A DNA stretch of 31,365 nt, taken from the NCBI GenBank assembly GCA_036444275.1, contig JAZGAD010000023.1, positions 1 through 31,365 of the forward strand, written 5' to 3'. A program made the translations under genes and the position numbers. The stretch comes from Candidatus Hydrothermarchaeales archaeon (GTDB lineage Archaea; Hydrothermarchaeota; Hydrothermarchaeia; Hydrothermarchaeales; JAZGAD01). Numbering within the stretch: the stretch's first letter is position 1; every line of letters begins with the position of its first letter. This document shows, piece by piece, positions 7,572 to 19,500 of the stretch. Under the pieces are notes generated by a model. That model was not told the origin of the DNA and searched no databases. It saw nothing but the letters and a program-made list of their open reading frames with translations.

Positions 7572-8327
7572 ATGATCGAGAACACCTTCATCCTCCTCGA
7601 CGGCATAGGATATAAGACTGAGAAGAACCTCTGGAGGCAAGGCATCCTCCACTGGGATGATTTTCTAGGAAAAGAGGATATCGTAGGCATCTCCGACAAC
7701 CGTAAAAGAAACCTTGACAAGGAATTGGAGCTCGCCAAATTCCACTTGGACAACGAGATCCCCTACTACTTCTCCTACAAGCTGGGGAAGAGGGAGCAGT
7801 GGAGACTCTACGAGGCATTCAAGGATAAAACCTGCTACCTAGACATAGAAACCACGTCCCTAAGCTCGTATAACGGCACTACTACTGCTTTAAGCATATA
7901 CGACGGCAGCGCAGTGAAGACCTTCGTCAGGGGTATAAACCTGGATCGAGAATCGCTTGCAGAAGAACTCTCCAAGTACCTGATGGTAGTTACATTCTAC
8001 GGCTCTGCCTTCGACCTGCCGTTCATCCAACATGAATTCGGGGTACACTTTGAAGTGCCACATCTAGATCTGTGCTTCGCCGGCAGGAGGATCGGCTTAA
8101 CTGGGGGACTGAAAAACATTGAAGAACAAGTGGGTATAGGCAGGAAAAGCGATGTCAAGGGGATGGACGGATTTGAGGCCGCCAGACTCTGGCACAGGTG
8201 GCAGACGCTTGGAGACAGAGCTTCCCTAGACTCGCTCATTCAATACAACCAGGCTGATACTGTTAATTTAGAGCGACTTGCCGAGCTAGTTTACTCCAAG
8301 TTGAAGAGTCTAACCTTTAAAGTTTAA
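7572..8327 (+). CDS. RNase H-like (YprB-type DEDD) exonuclease with N-terminal HhH-like segment
   Basis: LDGIGYKTEKNLW; YLDIETT (Exo I), TFYGSAFDLPFI (Exo II), GGLKNIE, YNQADTVNL (Exo III). Confidence 0.88.
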   Translation: MIENTFILLDGIGYKTEKNLWRQGILHWDDFLGKEDIVGISDNRKRNLDKELELAKFHLDNEIPYYFSYKLGKREQWRLYEAFKDKTCYLDIETTSLSSYNGTTTALSIYDGSAVKTFVRGINLDRESLAEELSKYLMVVTFYGSAFDLPFIQHEFGVHFEVPHLDLCFAGRRIGLTGGLKNIEEQVGIGRKSDVKGMDGFEAARLWHRWQTLGDRASLDSLIQYNQADTVNLERLAELVYSKLKSLTFKV

Positions 8328-8381
8328 AGACCAGTATTAATCCAAAAAAAGGATAATACCAAATTCTCGATCTTATGGAAT

Positions 8382-10020
<1,639 letters not shown>

Positions 10021-10127
10021 CTCTTCCTTAGCTCATTTGGTAAAAAAATCTTCCGCAGTTTGTTTTCACACTGCCGGAATTAAAGACAGAAAAGATTAAG
10101 TTAGAACATGGCATAAGACTCAAAGAC

Positions 10128-10886
10128 ATGGAAATCATATTCCTCGGCACCGGAGGTGGCAGATGGACCACTCTAACACAGAAGCTGGGAACAGGCGGCT
10201 TTAGGATACACGGTGATAAAAAGATCCACATTGACCCAGGCCCTGGAGCACTAGTAGCACTTAAGAATTATGATATCTCTCCCTTGAACACAGATGCTGT
10301 CATTGTAACTCACTGCCACCCTGATCACTACAACGATGCTGAAGTCTTAATAGAGGCCATGACCCACGGTATGACCAAGTCCAAGGGCGTGCTTGCAGCG
10401 AGCGAAAGCGTCCTGGTCGGGAAGAATCAGCTGGGGCCAGGTATCTCCAAGTACCACAAGTCCAAGGTACGTGACATCCATCTCTTGAAACCTTGGAAGG
10501 AATTTGACCTCTATGGCCTACACATTCAAGCTCTTCCAACAAAGCACAGCGACCGCACATGCGTTGGGTTAAAGTTGCACGCAGATATAGGTACGATAAC
10601 CTATACCTCTGATACGCAGTATTTCGAAGGGCTTTCAAGATATTATAAAGGCTCTAGGGTTATAATATTCAATGCGATAAGGCCAAAAAATGCTAGAATA
10701 CCCTGGCACCTCTGCTCCGGAGACGTAGTCAAGATAGTGAGGGAAGCTGAACCTGAGCTTGTTGTAATGCAGCACTTCGGGATGAAGATGCTCGGCATAA
10801 CAGAGGAAGAAGCTAGATGGGTGGAGGAGAAGTCAGGCGTAAAGACAATCTCTGCCTACGATGGCTTGAGGTTGAACTTGGATTGA
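10128..10886 (+). CDS. Metallo-beta-lactamase-fold hydrolase (RNase Z/PhnP-like)
   Basis: FLGTGGGR, IDPGPG, THCHPDH, KHSD, YTSDT, HL and QHFG motifs. Confidence 0.9.
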   Translation: MEIIFLGTGGGRWTTLTQKLGTGGFRIHGDKKIHIDPGPGALVALKNYDISPLNTDAVIVTHCHPDHYNDAEVLIEAMTHGMTKSKGVLAASESVLVGKNQLGPGISKYHKSKVRDIHLLKPWKEFDLYGLHIQALPTKHSDRTCVGLKLHADIGTITYTSDTQYFEGLSRYYKGSRVIIFNAIRPKNARIPWHLCSGDVVKIVREAEPELVVMQHFGMKMLGITEEEARWVEEKSGVKTISAYDGLRLNLD

Positions 10887-10899
10887 GGTAGGTATACTG

Positions 10900-13569
10900 A
10901 TGCTGGAGAAATACGACCCGAAAAAGATAGAACCCAGGTGGCAGAGAGAGTGGGACGAGCGACAAATCTATAGATTCGATTTTGAGAGCAGCAAACCAAT
11001 CTTCAGCATAGATACGCCCCCGCCTTATGCCAGCGCCTATCACCTGCATATGGGACATGCTATGCATTACTCGCAGTTCGAGTTCATGGCCCGCTTCTGG
11101 CGCATGCGCAACTATAATGTCTTTTTCCCGATAGGCTTTGACGACAATGGTCTGCCGACCGAGAAGCATGTTGAAGAGGTTCACAAGGTGGACAAGAGCA
11201 AGATCTCACGGGAGGAGTTTAAGAAGCTCTGCATGGAGGAAACCGAGAAGATAGAAGAAGAATTCATGAGGCCGATGTTCAAGCACCTGGGTTTCTCCTG
11301 CGACTGGGACATCTTCTACCGTACCATAGATCCCTGGTGCCAGAAAGTAGCACAGATGTCCTTCCTGGATCTGCACAAAAAGGGCTACGTGTACAGGAGC
11401 GAGGAGCCCACGCTGTGGTGCCCCTATCACCAGACTGCGCTTGCACAGGCTGAGGTTGAGGACCTTGGGAGAGAGACCACACTGAACTACATAGATTTTG
11501 AGCTGGAGGACGGCGAGAAGAGGATATCCATTGCCACTACTAGACCAGAGTTCCTGCCGGCCTGCGTTGGGATCTTTGTTCATCCCGAGGACGAGAGGCA
11601 CGGCTGGTTAGTCGGTAGAAAAGCTAGGGTGCCCATCTTCGGGCAGGAAGTACCGATAATGGAAGACCCCAAGGTGGACCCAGAATTCGGCACTGGGATA
11701 GTCATGATCTGCACCTTTGGAGACAGCACAGATATAGCGTGGTGGAAGACGCATAATCTACCTCTGCGAATGTGCATAGACGAGAGAGGGATGATGACAG
11801 AAAGCGCTGGGGAATACGCGGGGCTGAGCATAGAAGACGCTAGAGAGAGAATACTGGAGGACCTTGAAAGTAAGGGCTTCTTAAAGAAAAAGGAAAAACT
11901 GGAACAGGTCGTGGGAGCCTGCTGGAGATGCGATACCCCCGTGGAGTTCATAGTTACTGAGCAATGGTTCATCAAGACACTGGAATTCAAGGAGAAATTA
12001 ATAGAACAAGGCCGCAAGATAAAGTGGCATCCGGATTTCTACAGGAAGCGGTATGAGAACTGGGTGGAAAACCTAGCTTGGGACTGGTGCATAAGCAGGC
12101 AGCGCTACTTCGGCATACCAATACCTGTCTGGTACTGTGAAAAATGCGGCGAAGTAATAGTAGCTAGGGAGGAGGACCTGCCTGTGAATCCAGAGGTGGA
12201 TGAGCCGCCGGTAAAGCACTGCCCCAAATGCAAGGACGAGAGCTTCACGCCTGATCTAGACGTATTTGACACCTGGATGACCTCGTCTATGACGCCCCAG
12301 ATAGCCACGAAGTGGAATGCTAATGAAGAACTCTTTAAACGAGTGTTCCCGATGACCATGCGCCCCCAAGCACATGACATAATACGTACATGGGCCTTCT
12401 ACACAATCTTCAAGGCATGGCTGCATCACGGAAGCATTCCCTGGCGTGACGTTATGATGAGCGGGCACGGCTTAGACGAGCACGGCAAGGGCATGAGCAA
12501 GAGCAAGGGAAATGTAGTGCTCCCAGAGGGTATGATCGAGAAGTACAGCGCAGACGCAGTAAGATTCTGGGCTTCCAGCGCCACGTTGGGGGAAGACCTT
12601 CCTTACAGGGAAAAGGACATTGCAAAGGGACAGAAATTCCTGAACAAGTTGTGGAATGCTTCTAGATTCGTGGGTATGCACTTAGAAGATTACTCAAAGG
12701 AGGCACCTGTATCTCTTGAGTTATTGGACAAATGGATTCTGGCTAGACTGCATAAGGTAGTGGAAGACGGCACTAAGAATTTCGAGAGGTATAGATACAG
12801 CAAGACAAAGGTTGGTGCCGAGCAATTCTTTTGGCATGATTTCTGCGACGACTACATAGAGATGGTGAAGCACAGGCTGTACAACCCCAAGGTATACGGC
12901 GATGCAAGTAGAAATGCCGCCCAGCAGACACTCTACCAAGTGCTCTTGACATCGATAAAGCTACTTGCACCGATAGTGCCGCATATAACAGAGGAGATAT
13001 ACCAGGAAATCTTCGATAAAGAAGGAGATGTCAGCGTGCATGTCTCCATGTGGCCGAATTCAGAGGATATTCCACTGGATGCACGGGCACAAACCGAGGG
13101 GGAGTTAGTAAGGAGCGTTATCTCCAGGATAAGGAGGTATAAGGCTGACAAGGGACTGCCTCTGAATCACACCCTCAGCAAGGTCTCTCTCCATGCTGAC
13201 GAAGAAGCGTGTTCTATCTTAGAAAGGGATGAGAGGACGATTAAGGGCGCGATGCAGATCGAAAGACTGGAAGTAAGTAGGGGGAAAGTTAAGGTAGAGA
13301 AGACGATCCTTGAGATAGTGCCTGATTATTCAACGCTTGGACCAGAATTTAAAGGGGCTGCAAAGGATATAATCGAGCACTTGAGTTCTCAAAAGGAGGA
13401 TGCGGCAAGGGAGTTGAAGGAAAGAAGTAAATTCCTACTAACCGTGAAGGGGAAGGAATATGAGGTCCTGCCGCGACATATCAAAGAGATAAAGAGCGAG
13501 GTCAAGGGCGAGGGAGAGGCTGATATCGTCGAGGTGCCAGAACACCGAGTAACCATATTGATAAGCTAG
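10900..13569 (+). CDS. valS: Valine--tRNA ligase (archaeal type)
   Basis: FSIDTPPPY, HMGH, DWCISRQRYFG, RPQAHDIIRTW, a KMSKS-equivalent GMSKS and the anticodon-binding helical domain. Confidence 0.97.
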   Translation: MLEKYDPKKIEPRWQREWDERQIYRFDFESSKPIFSIDTPPPYASAYHLHMGHAMHYSQFEFMARFWRMRNYNVFFPIGFDDNGLPTEKHVEEVHKVDKSKISREEFKKLCMEETEKIEEEFMRPMFKHLGFSCDWDIFYRTIDPWCQKVAQMSFLDLHKKGYVYRSEEPTLWCPYHQTALAQAEVEDLGRETTLNYIDFELEDGEKRISIATTRPEFLPACVGIFVHPEDERHGWLVGRKARVPIFGQEVPIMEDPKVDPEFGTGIVMICTFGDSTDIAWWKTHNLPLRMCIDERGMMTESAGEYAGLSIEDARERILEDLESKGFLKKKEKLEQVVGACWRCDTPVEFIVTEQWFIKTLEFKEKLIEQGRKIKWHPDFYRKRYENWVENLAWDWCISRQRYFGIPIPVWYCEKCGEVIVAREEDLPVNPEVDEPPVKHCPKCKDESFTPDLDVFDTWMTSSMTPQIATKWNANEELFKRVFPMTMRPQAHDIIRTWAFYTIFKAWLHHGSIPWRDVMMSGHGLDEHGKGMSKSKGNVVLPEGMIEKYSADAVRFWASSATLGEDLPYREKDIAKGQKFLNKLWNASRFVGMHLEDYSKEAPVSLELLDKWILARLHKVVEDGTKNFERYRYSKTKVGAEQFFWHDFCDDYIEMVKHRLYNPKVYGDASRNAAQQTLYQVLLTSIKLLAPIVPHITEEIYQEIFDKEGDVSVHVSMWPNSEDIPLDARAQTEGELVRSVISRIRRYKADKGLPLNHTLSKVSLHADEEACSILERDERTIKGAMQIERLEVSRGKVKVEKTILEIVPDYSTLGPEFKGAAKDIIEHLSSQKEDAARELKERSKFLLTVKGKEYEVLPRHIKEIKSEVKGEGEADIVEVPEHRVTILIS

Positions 13570-13575
13570 TTAGAG

Positions 13576-13977
13576 CTAGGTATAGGAATACGCTTGTAGG
13601 TCCTCGTCTATCTTTTCAGCGCGCATTATATCCTCGATGGTTATTATTCCTACCAGACTACCACCCTCCACTACTGGCAGACGCCGTATGAGGTGCGACG
13701 CCATTAGCTTAGCTGCATCCTTCAGGTTCTTCTCCCCATCTGTGGTCTTCAAATCTTTGGTCATAGCCTCTTCTACAGTGGTGGATAAGCCTTTTTCTTC
13801 TGCCACGATTTTGTATGCAATGTCGCGCTCTGTCACTATACCAACCAGATTATCTCCATCTACTACTACGAGGCAACCTATTCGGTTCATCCTCATCACC
13901 CTAGCTGCCTCTGCCATGGTAGACGAAGGGGTGATAGTCCTAACAGGTTTTGTCATAACATCTCCGACTTTTGACAT
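13576..13977 (-). CDS. CBS-pair domain protein
   Basis: VGDVMTKPV...IGCLVVVD...GIVTERDI...IRRLPVVE...GIITIEDI. Confidence 0.92.
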   Translation of the reverse strand: MSKVGDVMTKPVRTITPSSTMAEAARVMRMNRIGCLVVVDGDNLVGIVTERDIAYKIVAEEKGLSTTVEEAMTKDLKTTDGEKNLKDAAKLMASHLIRRLPVVEGGSLVGIITIEDIMRAEKIDEDLQAYSYT

Positions 13978-14104
13978 ACTATTACATATGTCATTCTTGC
14001 CTTATATTTCTAGCGCCTTGGATTCCACAGCCTCGTACAAAAGAAATTTGCCAGCCGTAGAGGCCACCTACTTCTTGAAAAATTGTGTGAGCACGAAATG
14101 AATC

Positions 14105-14521
14105 TTACAACATCTCCAAAAAGTCATCTGGAGTTTTGAAGATAACTCTATCTTTAATTTTCATTTGAGTCAGCTTCCGGTTGGATGTAACAAAAATGTC
14201 GCACTCTGCGTGAAAGTAAGCTGCAATATGAGGAATGTCATCGAGATCTGCTACCAGCTCTTTAAATTCCTCAAGCTTATCCTTAATCTCAAAGTTCCTT
14301 ACAATCACTAATTTGGGTATGCTAAAAATCAGCTCTCTCAAAGAACTTGCGATGTCCTTTCCAAGATTTCGTTTAACATTTTCGAGCACCTCAGTGACGC
14401 TGTATTCAGAAATCACTGGCGTAAATATTTCACTCCCACATGCAGAGATAATCTTTGCAGAACTTGACTCTGGAAAATAAAGCATGATGATAAAGATATT
14501 TGTGTCTAAATAAGCCTTCAT
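14105..14521 (-). CDS. PIN-domain (VapC-like) toxin
   Basis: YLDTNIF, conserved E (TEVLE), DLDDIPHIAA, FVTSN; its start overlaps the upstream stop (ATGA). Confidence 0.85.
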   Translation of the reverse strand: MKAYLDTNIFIIMLYFPESSSAKIISACGSEIFTPVISEYSVTEVLENVKRNLGKDIASSLRELIFSIPKLVIVRNFEIKDKLEEFKELVADLDDIPHIAAYFHAECDIFVTSNRKLTQMKIKDRVIFKTPDDFLEML

Positions 14522-14718
14522 CCAAAATGCTTCCTGAAGACTTCCTTCCGTGTGAGTCTTAAAGACTTTAATATCTCTTCTTGAGAAAGTTTTCTGGCAC
14601 CACTAGCAATTACTTGTTCCTGAATTTCAGCTATGAGGTCGTCTAGAGTTATTTTACCTTTTTGTATCAGTCCTTTAATTATCTTTGAAGAATCAATGTC
14701 TTTAGTATCTACTTCCAT
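14518..14718 (-). CDS. Putative antitoxin of the PIN toxin
   Basis: 66-aa ORF translationally coupled (4-nt overlap) upstream of the PIN gene; GAGAG RBS and TTTTAAAT box upstream. Confidence 0.65.
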   Translation of the reverse strand: MEVDTKDIDSSKIIKGLIQKGKITLDDLIAEIQEQVIASGARKLSQEEILKSLRLTRKEVFRKHFG

Positions 14719-14956
14719 CTCTCTCAGGGTATATTCAGTGGATTAACATTTAAAAAGTTGCGGGGAGATAATTAGTTTCTGCGTGCTTATCCATAGAAAC
14801 CAAGAAAGTTACATCAAGGAAGAGAAGAGCACCGAAGACATCGTCGCCGTGGAATTCATGGCACTATCCTTTGGTGCCGTGTGTGGGAGTTATGATGGTT
14901 AGAGGTGGATTCTAGAATGCAAGATAAAGCCGTAAGCCTGGATACCGAGTGATGAT

Positions 14957-15094
14957 TTAAAATAGGACAGATATCCCCCTGAAATTCTGCTTCAAACGAT
15001 ATCGCCTAGCTCCTTCAACCGTCCTCTTAAAGCGCTGCCTTTGGGAGCCATAGAAGTTTCTCCCATCGTAGAAGACTTTCAAAGCATAACGCAC
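14957..15094 (-). pseudogene. truA: tRNA pseudouridine(38-40) synthase TruA, 5' fragment
   Basis: GTG-start frame reads MRYALKVFYDGRNFYGSQRQRFKRTVEG, matching the TruA N-terminus (YDG..F.G.Q.Q...RTVeG). Similarity is then lost and the frame stops at 45 aa, before the catalytic RTD motif. Confidence 0.8.
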
Positions 15095-15127
15095 TTACGA
15101 CACCCTTCTCATTCATACTATACTATC

Positions 15128-15721
15128 CTATCTACGCTCATAGCCAACCGGCATGATATAGATGGGCATGTGATCGCTTGGTATTCCAAGCACATTCTGC
15201 ACCCGTTCATCGTGAAAGGCGCCTACAGTAACTGTGCCTAGATCTAAAGCAACACATTGGAGATAGATGTTCTGTGAGACGTGCCCTGCCTCTGCATAAA
15301 CGTATCTAACATCCCGCTCCCCGTATTTTATCCTCGTCCTTTCAAAGACAGCTGTAATAACTATGTCTACTGGGGCTTCTGCTATGAACTCCTGTGAAAG
15401 AGCCGCTCTACAAAGTTTTTCTCTAGAGTCTTCATTGGATGTTTGGTGTAACATGTGCTCCTTGGGATCGTAGTGATACACCCCTTCTTCCATAACAACA
15501 TATATCTCTACAGGGTACAGGGCACCGGCAGATGGTGCAGCCCTAAGTTTGTATCCTCCCTCCCTGCCTGTTATCCCTTGCGCTGCCCAGAGTATCTGAG
15601 ATAGATTCTCTATAGATATGGACTTACTACTGAAATCCCTAATCGATCTCCTTCTGAGGATCGCCTCCTCCACAGAGACATCACCCTTATATTTCGGCTC
15701 TGGTAGTTTTATTTCCTTCAT
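15128..15721 (-). CDS. SagB/ThcOx-family nitroreductase-like dehydrogenase
   Basis: RRRSIRDF, LSQILWAAQG, RAAPSAGALYP, EAGHVSQNIYL, GAFHDE. Confidence 0.92.
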   Translation of the reverse strand: MKEIKLPEPKYKGDVSVEEAILRRRSIRDFSSKSISIENLSQILWAAQGITGREGGYKLRAAPSAGALYPVEIYVVMEEGVYHYDPKEHMLHQTSNEDSREKLCRAALSQEFIAEAPVDIVITAVFERTRIKYGERDVRYVYAEAGHVSQNIYLQCVALDLGTVTVGAFHDERVQNVLGIPSDHMPIYIMPVGYERR

Positions 15722-15796
15722 ACTTCTCTATTATTTAAGGCAGATGCTATAAAAATCTGGACACGTTATTGCATAGCGCCTCTAACGAAAAAAAGA

Positions 15797-16465
15797 CTAG
15801 TTAGCATCCCTAAAGCCGTTGCCTGTTATAACGAACTTAGTCTTTATATCCTGCGGCAAGCTGCGATGTCTCCTCAATATTGCTTCCTTCTTCTTGTCTC
15901 TGTCCTCTTTGAGTTCTACTATCGCCTTACTCCAGTACTTCAGAACACTCCCACCTATGGGCTCTACACCCCCGTCTTCGAATGAAGAGTACACCTGATT
16001 CGTGATTATCACAGCTAAGTTGTGCTTCCTGGCTAGCTCACTGAGTTTCGCAAGCTGTCTGCTGAGTTGCTTGTTCGCAGTCGAGGCATTATCACCGTTC
16101 ATGTGCAAACGGTAGAGGGAGACAGCTGAATCTAGCACGATGAGTCCGAATTTCTCATCTATGATTTCCTTAAGGTTCTCCACGATGATATTCTGATCCT
16201 TAAATTTGGTGGGTTCATAGAAATAGCTGTTCTTGAGCACTCTTTCAAAGTCGTCTTTGGCTAGCTGCTTTAACCTGTCTACAGAGCGCCCTGCCTCAGT
16301 GTCGATGAAAACTACTTTTTTCCCAGCTCGGACACAGTTTACAGCTGCAAGCAAACAGAGATTAGTCTTGCCAGATGCAGGGGGCCCATAGACCTGGGTA
16401 ATAACTTTGGTCTCTATACCACCATCTAGAATGTCATCCAGGCAGCACCCAAGAGGTAACTTCAC
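15797..16465 (-). CDS. radB: DNA repair and recombination protein RadB (probable GTG start at 16465; the track extends to 16522)
   Basis: LDDILDGG, Walker A GPPASGKT, FIDTE, VLDS, ITNQVY, PIGG, basic patch RHRS. No RadA N-terminal domain. Confidence 0.92.
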   Translation of the reverse strand: MKLPLGCCLDDILDGGIETKVITQVYGPPASGKTNLCLLAAVNCVRAGKKVVFIDTEAGRSVDRLKQLAKDDFERVLKNSYFYEPTKFKDQNIIVENLKEIIDEKFGLIVLDSAVSLYRLHMNGDNASTANKQLSRQLAKLSELARKHNLAVIITNQVYSSFEDGGVEPIGGSVLKYWSKAIVELKEDRDKKKEAILRRHRSLPQDIKTKFVITGNGFRDAN

Positions 16466-16547
16466 AGCATTGTCTTTTGCTAGGAAGGAATTGAGAGGAG
16501 ACATGAATAAAGATAGTTCCATGGAATATAACTATTTTTACCTATAC

Positions 16548-19500
16548 CTAGAAATCTGAAAGCGAGACCTGCCTTGCACCCTCGTTGTCAAAGACCGAGG
16601 ATATACTCACCTCCAGGATTCTAACGCGTTGCCTGAGATAGTCGTCTAAATTATATTTTTCTATCAAGTTCTTGGTTACTCCCAGATACTTCTCTACACC
16701 GCCCTTCGATACTGTTAGGACAAGCTTGCCGCCACAGCGCCTGCACTTCCCACTCAGGGGCACGCGTCTATATTTAGCGTTGCAACTGACGCACCTTATA
16801 GTCTGCTTTGAGAACGTCCTCAGGTTACCAGCTAGATCAGGCAGGAAATGACTCTCTACAACGCGTTTGGCTACATCGTGCTCATCCACCGCCCTAATCC
16901 TGCCCGCGAGCTCTAATTGGCGCTGGACCTTTTCCATCATCGTACCGAAGGTCTTATAGGCACTCGTCTTCGGGCCATTGGAGATATCGCCCGTGGAATG
17001 AGTGAAGCCCATACCAGAGTACTGCCCAGAATCTCCAATGCGGTCGCCAATGGTTTCAATGAGATCTTTTACTTCCCTCGGCGATGCATAGCGTAGTGTA
17101 GCCTCATAGAACTCCAAGGGATAGGTGTTCGCGATATCAATGTTGTGGGCTTCATCGTCTATCTCCTTGGGGTCGAGCCTAGTGGTAAGGACGAGAGGAG
17201 CATCCATCTTACCACCCCTAGTGCTCGGTAAGTAAGCTTTGGAGAAGTTCAACAGAGCATCCAATAAGAGAAAGAGAGCATCTTCGTCGCCGTCACAGTT
17301 CCTCCTTTTCGCGGCATGGAAGTAGGGATGAGCAAAACCTACGTTAGCTTGGATGAAGCCTATAACTCTGCCCAAAATAGCCGCTGACGTATGAGGTGCT
17401 AAGCCTAAAACCAAATGCCCCAGTAGATCTTCCTTATTCTCGGCGTTATAGAAGGGCTTTAGACCATAGACCTTTACCAGGAGCTCATCTACGAACTGTG
17501 AGACCCTCAAAAAGTACACGGCCCCTGTTTCTGGAAGGAGGATATCCTGGCACTTCAGCTCCACCAACTGCTCTTCAGATTCCAATGGCTTGCCCTCCCA
17601 ATCTCTGTCATAGCCCAACTCCCTTATCTTCTCTACACTAACACCGATCTCAACAGGCTTGAAATGAGTAAGAGGCATATCTGTGGAATCGAAACGTGTA
17701 GTGCCATCCTTGAACACGTAGACTCCGTGCTTCGACCTGAGGATGCCTTTCTCCAGGGACTCCGGGATCTTCTTTTCTGAGCTCATACCAATGATGCCTT
17801 TGATATCGTTAGGGGAATCGCCGACCATCTTCACAGCGGCATCCAAAAGTTCCTTCACATCCAACTTGCGTTTTTCGTATGCAACAATTAAGGAGCCGCA
17901 CTTGCATCTATCCCTTTCATCCTCCCAGTTGCGCCCACAAGATATGCATACCCTCTTGAGTCGCGTAGCCTCACCGCAGTTGGGACAAAAGGTCGTAGAA
18001 CTCACATGCTCACATTTTGGGCACTCCCTCCTAGCCACATCCACTTCAACGCTTCCTTGCTGGGATGCCTTTTTAATATCCCTAGTCCTGCCCCCAGCCT
18101 GTCCTATTGGGAAGAGAACGCTGACCGCAGGCTTCATCCTTCGCTCCTTGGCCTTCTCCGGCCGGCCCATCCTGGCTCCAATATAAGTAGGGGCCTTCTC
18201 CATGACCTTTACCCCAAAGCTGTTCACTAGCTCCATGGTGCTACTCGCCTTCTCATATGCCTCCAGAAATTTCTCTGTGGAGAATTCTTCTCCCATACCC
18301 AAAACACTGATAAGGGGCTTGTATTCCCTTATCCTAACTTTCCCTGCCTTCACGGAATGAGGCACGCCCACGAGCTCCAAGATCCTCTTCTCCTCAGAGT
18401 TCTTGAGCATCAATGAATCATCTACTAATTCCCCTGTGGAGAGCCAAGATGTCAATTGCTTAAGGTCCTCTTTTTCCACATCATGATAGAAGTAAGTGTA
18501 TCTAGGATGCAGTGGAACATTATATTCCTTAGAGAGCTGGAGAGCCTCTTCTTGGCTGGGCATGCCTGAAAAGGAGCCTCCTGCCTTTTCCAACTCCTGA
18601 AGCCACCATTCTTCCACATAGGCAGAGGGCATCAGTCTGTGATTGTTCTCCAGGAAGTCGCCGTAGTTCACTAAAATATCACCCAAGAACAAGATTTTTC
18701 TCACCGCATCCCTAAGCTTCTCCGCCTCCTCGACACTCTCCACCCTGATGACACTCCCATCGGCAAGCTTCACTATTGGTCCTTCAATGGAATCACATGT
18801 AGCGACAGCCGAGCCCTTTCCAGGCCTCTCTGTCTTGATCTGTGTGCCAATAGCAATGAAATCATCCAATAGCGCTAATGTAGCTGGATGCATACAGGTT
18901 GCTGCATAGCCGGAGTTCCTGCTCCTACCATATCTAAGCCTTAGGCCTCCCTTCGCAGAGGGATGCGCAAGCACAGGCCGTCCAGCGATGAGGTCCTTTA
19001 TGTATTTGTAGCTCGGGCCTATCTCCGGGTCGCTTTTCTCGTCTTTGAGCGAACTAGAGCTACTGCTCCAATCCCAACCCTCGAGTCCGAATTTCTCCAC
19101 ATACTTCAAGATCTTGGGAGCCTTCTGGAGCACGCCCTCTGCTAAGACCAATACCGCTCCACCCCTGAGCCGATTTGTTTCTATCCGCTCCAAGTCCCTA
19201 TAGCCTGAGACCTCCACCTTATCTGTGGACTCCCCTGTGATCTCAACAGGAATATTTCTAACTGCCTCTCGAACCTCATGAGAACTAGGGAGGTACTGGA
19301 GCCTTGAAGCCTCAGCGTTATATAGCTCTACCTCCTCGGCGAAGCGCTCTACCTCCTCATTAGTAGGCTTATACCTGTCCAAGCCTAAGACACGCCTAAT
19401 GTAATCCCCTGTTAGAGCTGCTAAGGCTTGAGCGGATCCCCCAGCGCTTCTTATAGGGCCGGCGAAATATATTGCTAGATACCTGCTGCCATCGTGGTTC

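Noticed and set aside
7427-7615. 62-aa ORF
   Set aside because: It spans promoter and IS-like DNA and overlaps the exonuclease start out of frame; not protein-like.
14945-14982. Box C/D sRNA (CCGA-GTGATGA...CAGA...CTGA)
   Set aside because: Only one C-type box is present, and the spacing does not give the C-D'-C'-D layout with two guides.
16466-16522. 19-aa N-terminal extension of RadB
   Set aside because: RadB similarity starts at GTG 16465 (MKLPLGC); the extension is probably untranslated.
16516-16527. ORB-like GTTCCATGGAAT upstream of radB
   Set aside because: The core has a 2-nt spacer instead of 3, there is no G-string, and it is isolated.
17280-17310. Intein at the DP2 RRN/CDGDED site (also considered for cdc6 and valS)
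   Set aside because: The motifs are contiguous and the protein lengths are normal.
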